From positions 64,001-128,000 of the forward strand of contig CAVVEU010000017.1 in NCBI GenBank assembly GCA_963747235.1: a stretch of DNA of 64,000 nucleotides, in the 5' to 3' direction. A program made the position numbers and the translations under genes. Of the stretch, positions 63,694 to 64,000 are shown piece after piece; position 1 is the first letter of the stretch, and each line of letters starts with the position of its first letter. This DNA comes from an uncultured Candidatus Rokubacteria bacterium (GTDB lineage Bacteria; Methylomirabilota; Methylomirabilia; Rokubacteriales; CSP1-6). The notes under the pieces were generated by a model. That model made no database searches. It had not been told where the DNA came from and worked only from the letters and a program-made list of their open reading frames with translations.

Positions 63694-64000
63694 TCACGGC
63701 CTCGCGGTCTCGAACGTATTGCATTTGTTCACGGCGCCGGTGTCGAGCCCGGTGCGGAGCCATCGCACGCGCTGGGCAGAGGAGCCGTGCGTGAAGGATT
63801 CGGGCGACACGCGGCCGCGCGACTGCTGCTGGAGCCGGTCGTCTCCGATGGCGGCCGCGGCCGCGAGCCCGGCTTCGACGTCGCCCGGGTCGAGCAGGTT
63901 CCGCTGCTTGGCGTGGTGGCCCCACACCCCGGCAAAGCAGTCCGCCTGCAGCTCCAGGAGGACGGAGAGCGCATTGTTCTTCGCCTCGGACGTGCGGCCG
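63694..64000 (-). CDS. Neutral zinc metallopeptidase (YpfJ-like), 3' part only
   Basis: [32 protein letters not shown]. Confidence 0.9.
   Translation of the reverse strand, partial: GRTSEAKNNALSVLLELQADCFAGVWGHHAKQRNLLDPGDVEAGLAAAAAIGDDRLQQQSRGRVSPESFTHGSSAQRVRWLRTGLDTGAVNKCNTFETARP

Overview
Very GC-rich (by eye about 70%) bacterial chromosomal segment. The gene repertoire suggests Candidatus Rokubacteria/Methylomirabilota, which is an inference from family content only. It is mostly catabolic and transport genes: four ABC systems, luciferase-like monooxygenases, amidohydrolases, SDRs, a LigB plus Rieske oxygenase pair, nitrilase, amidase and CocE. It also holds an addBA helicase-nuclease operon headed by a VapC toxin with an unusually large antitoxin, a STAND-type adenylate/guanylate cyclase and many small ORFs. 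About 20 genes carry single-base frameshifts that most likely reflect long-read errors. No rRNA, tRNA, CRISPR array or transposase was recognised. Most notable: (1) a duplicated sigma-54 module (candidate enhancer, IHF site, -24/-12 promoter, near-invariant 42-nt leader, small gene) bracketing a LigB-Rieske-HicB-like operon; (2) a palindromic repeat that occurs intergenically and also inside addB; (3) the leaderless antitoxin-vapC-addB-addA unit; (4) an orphan HicA with a G-tract tandem-repeat 5' UTR; (5) an RxxxR-repeat membrane protein.
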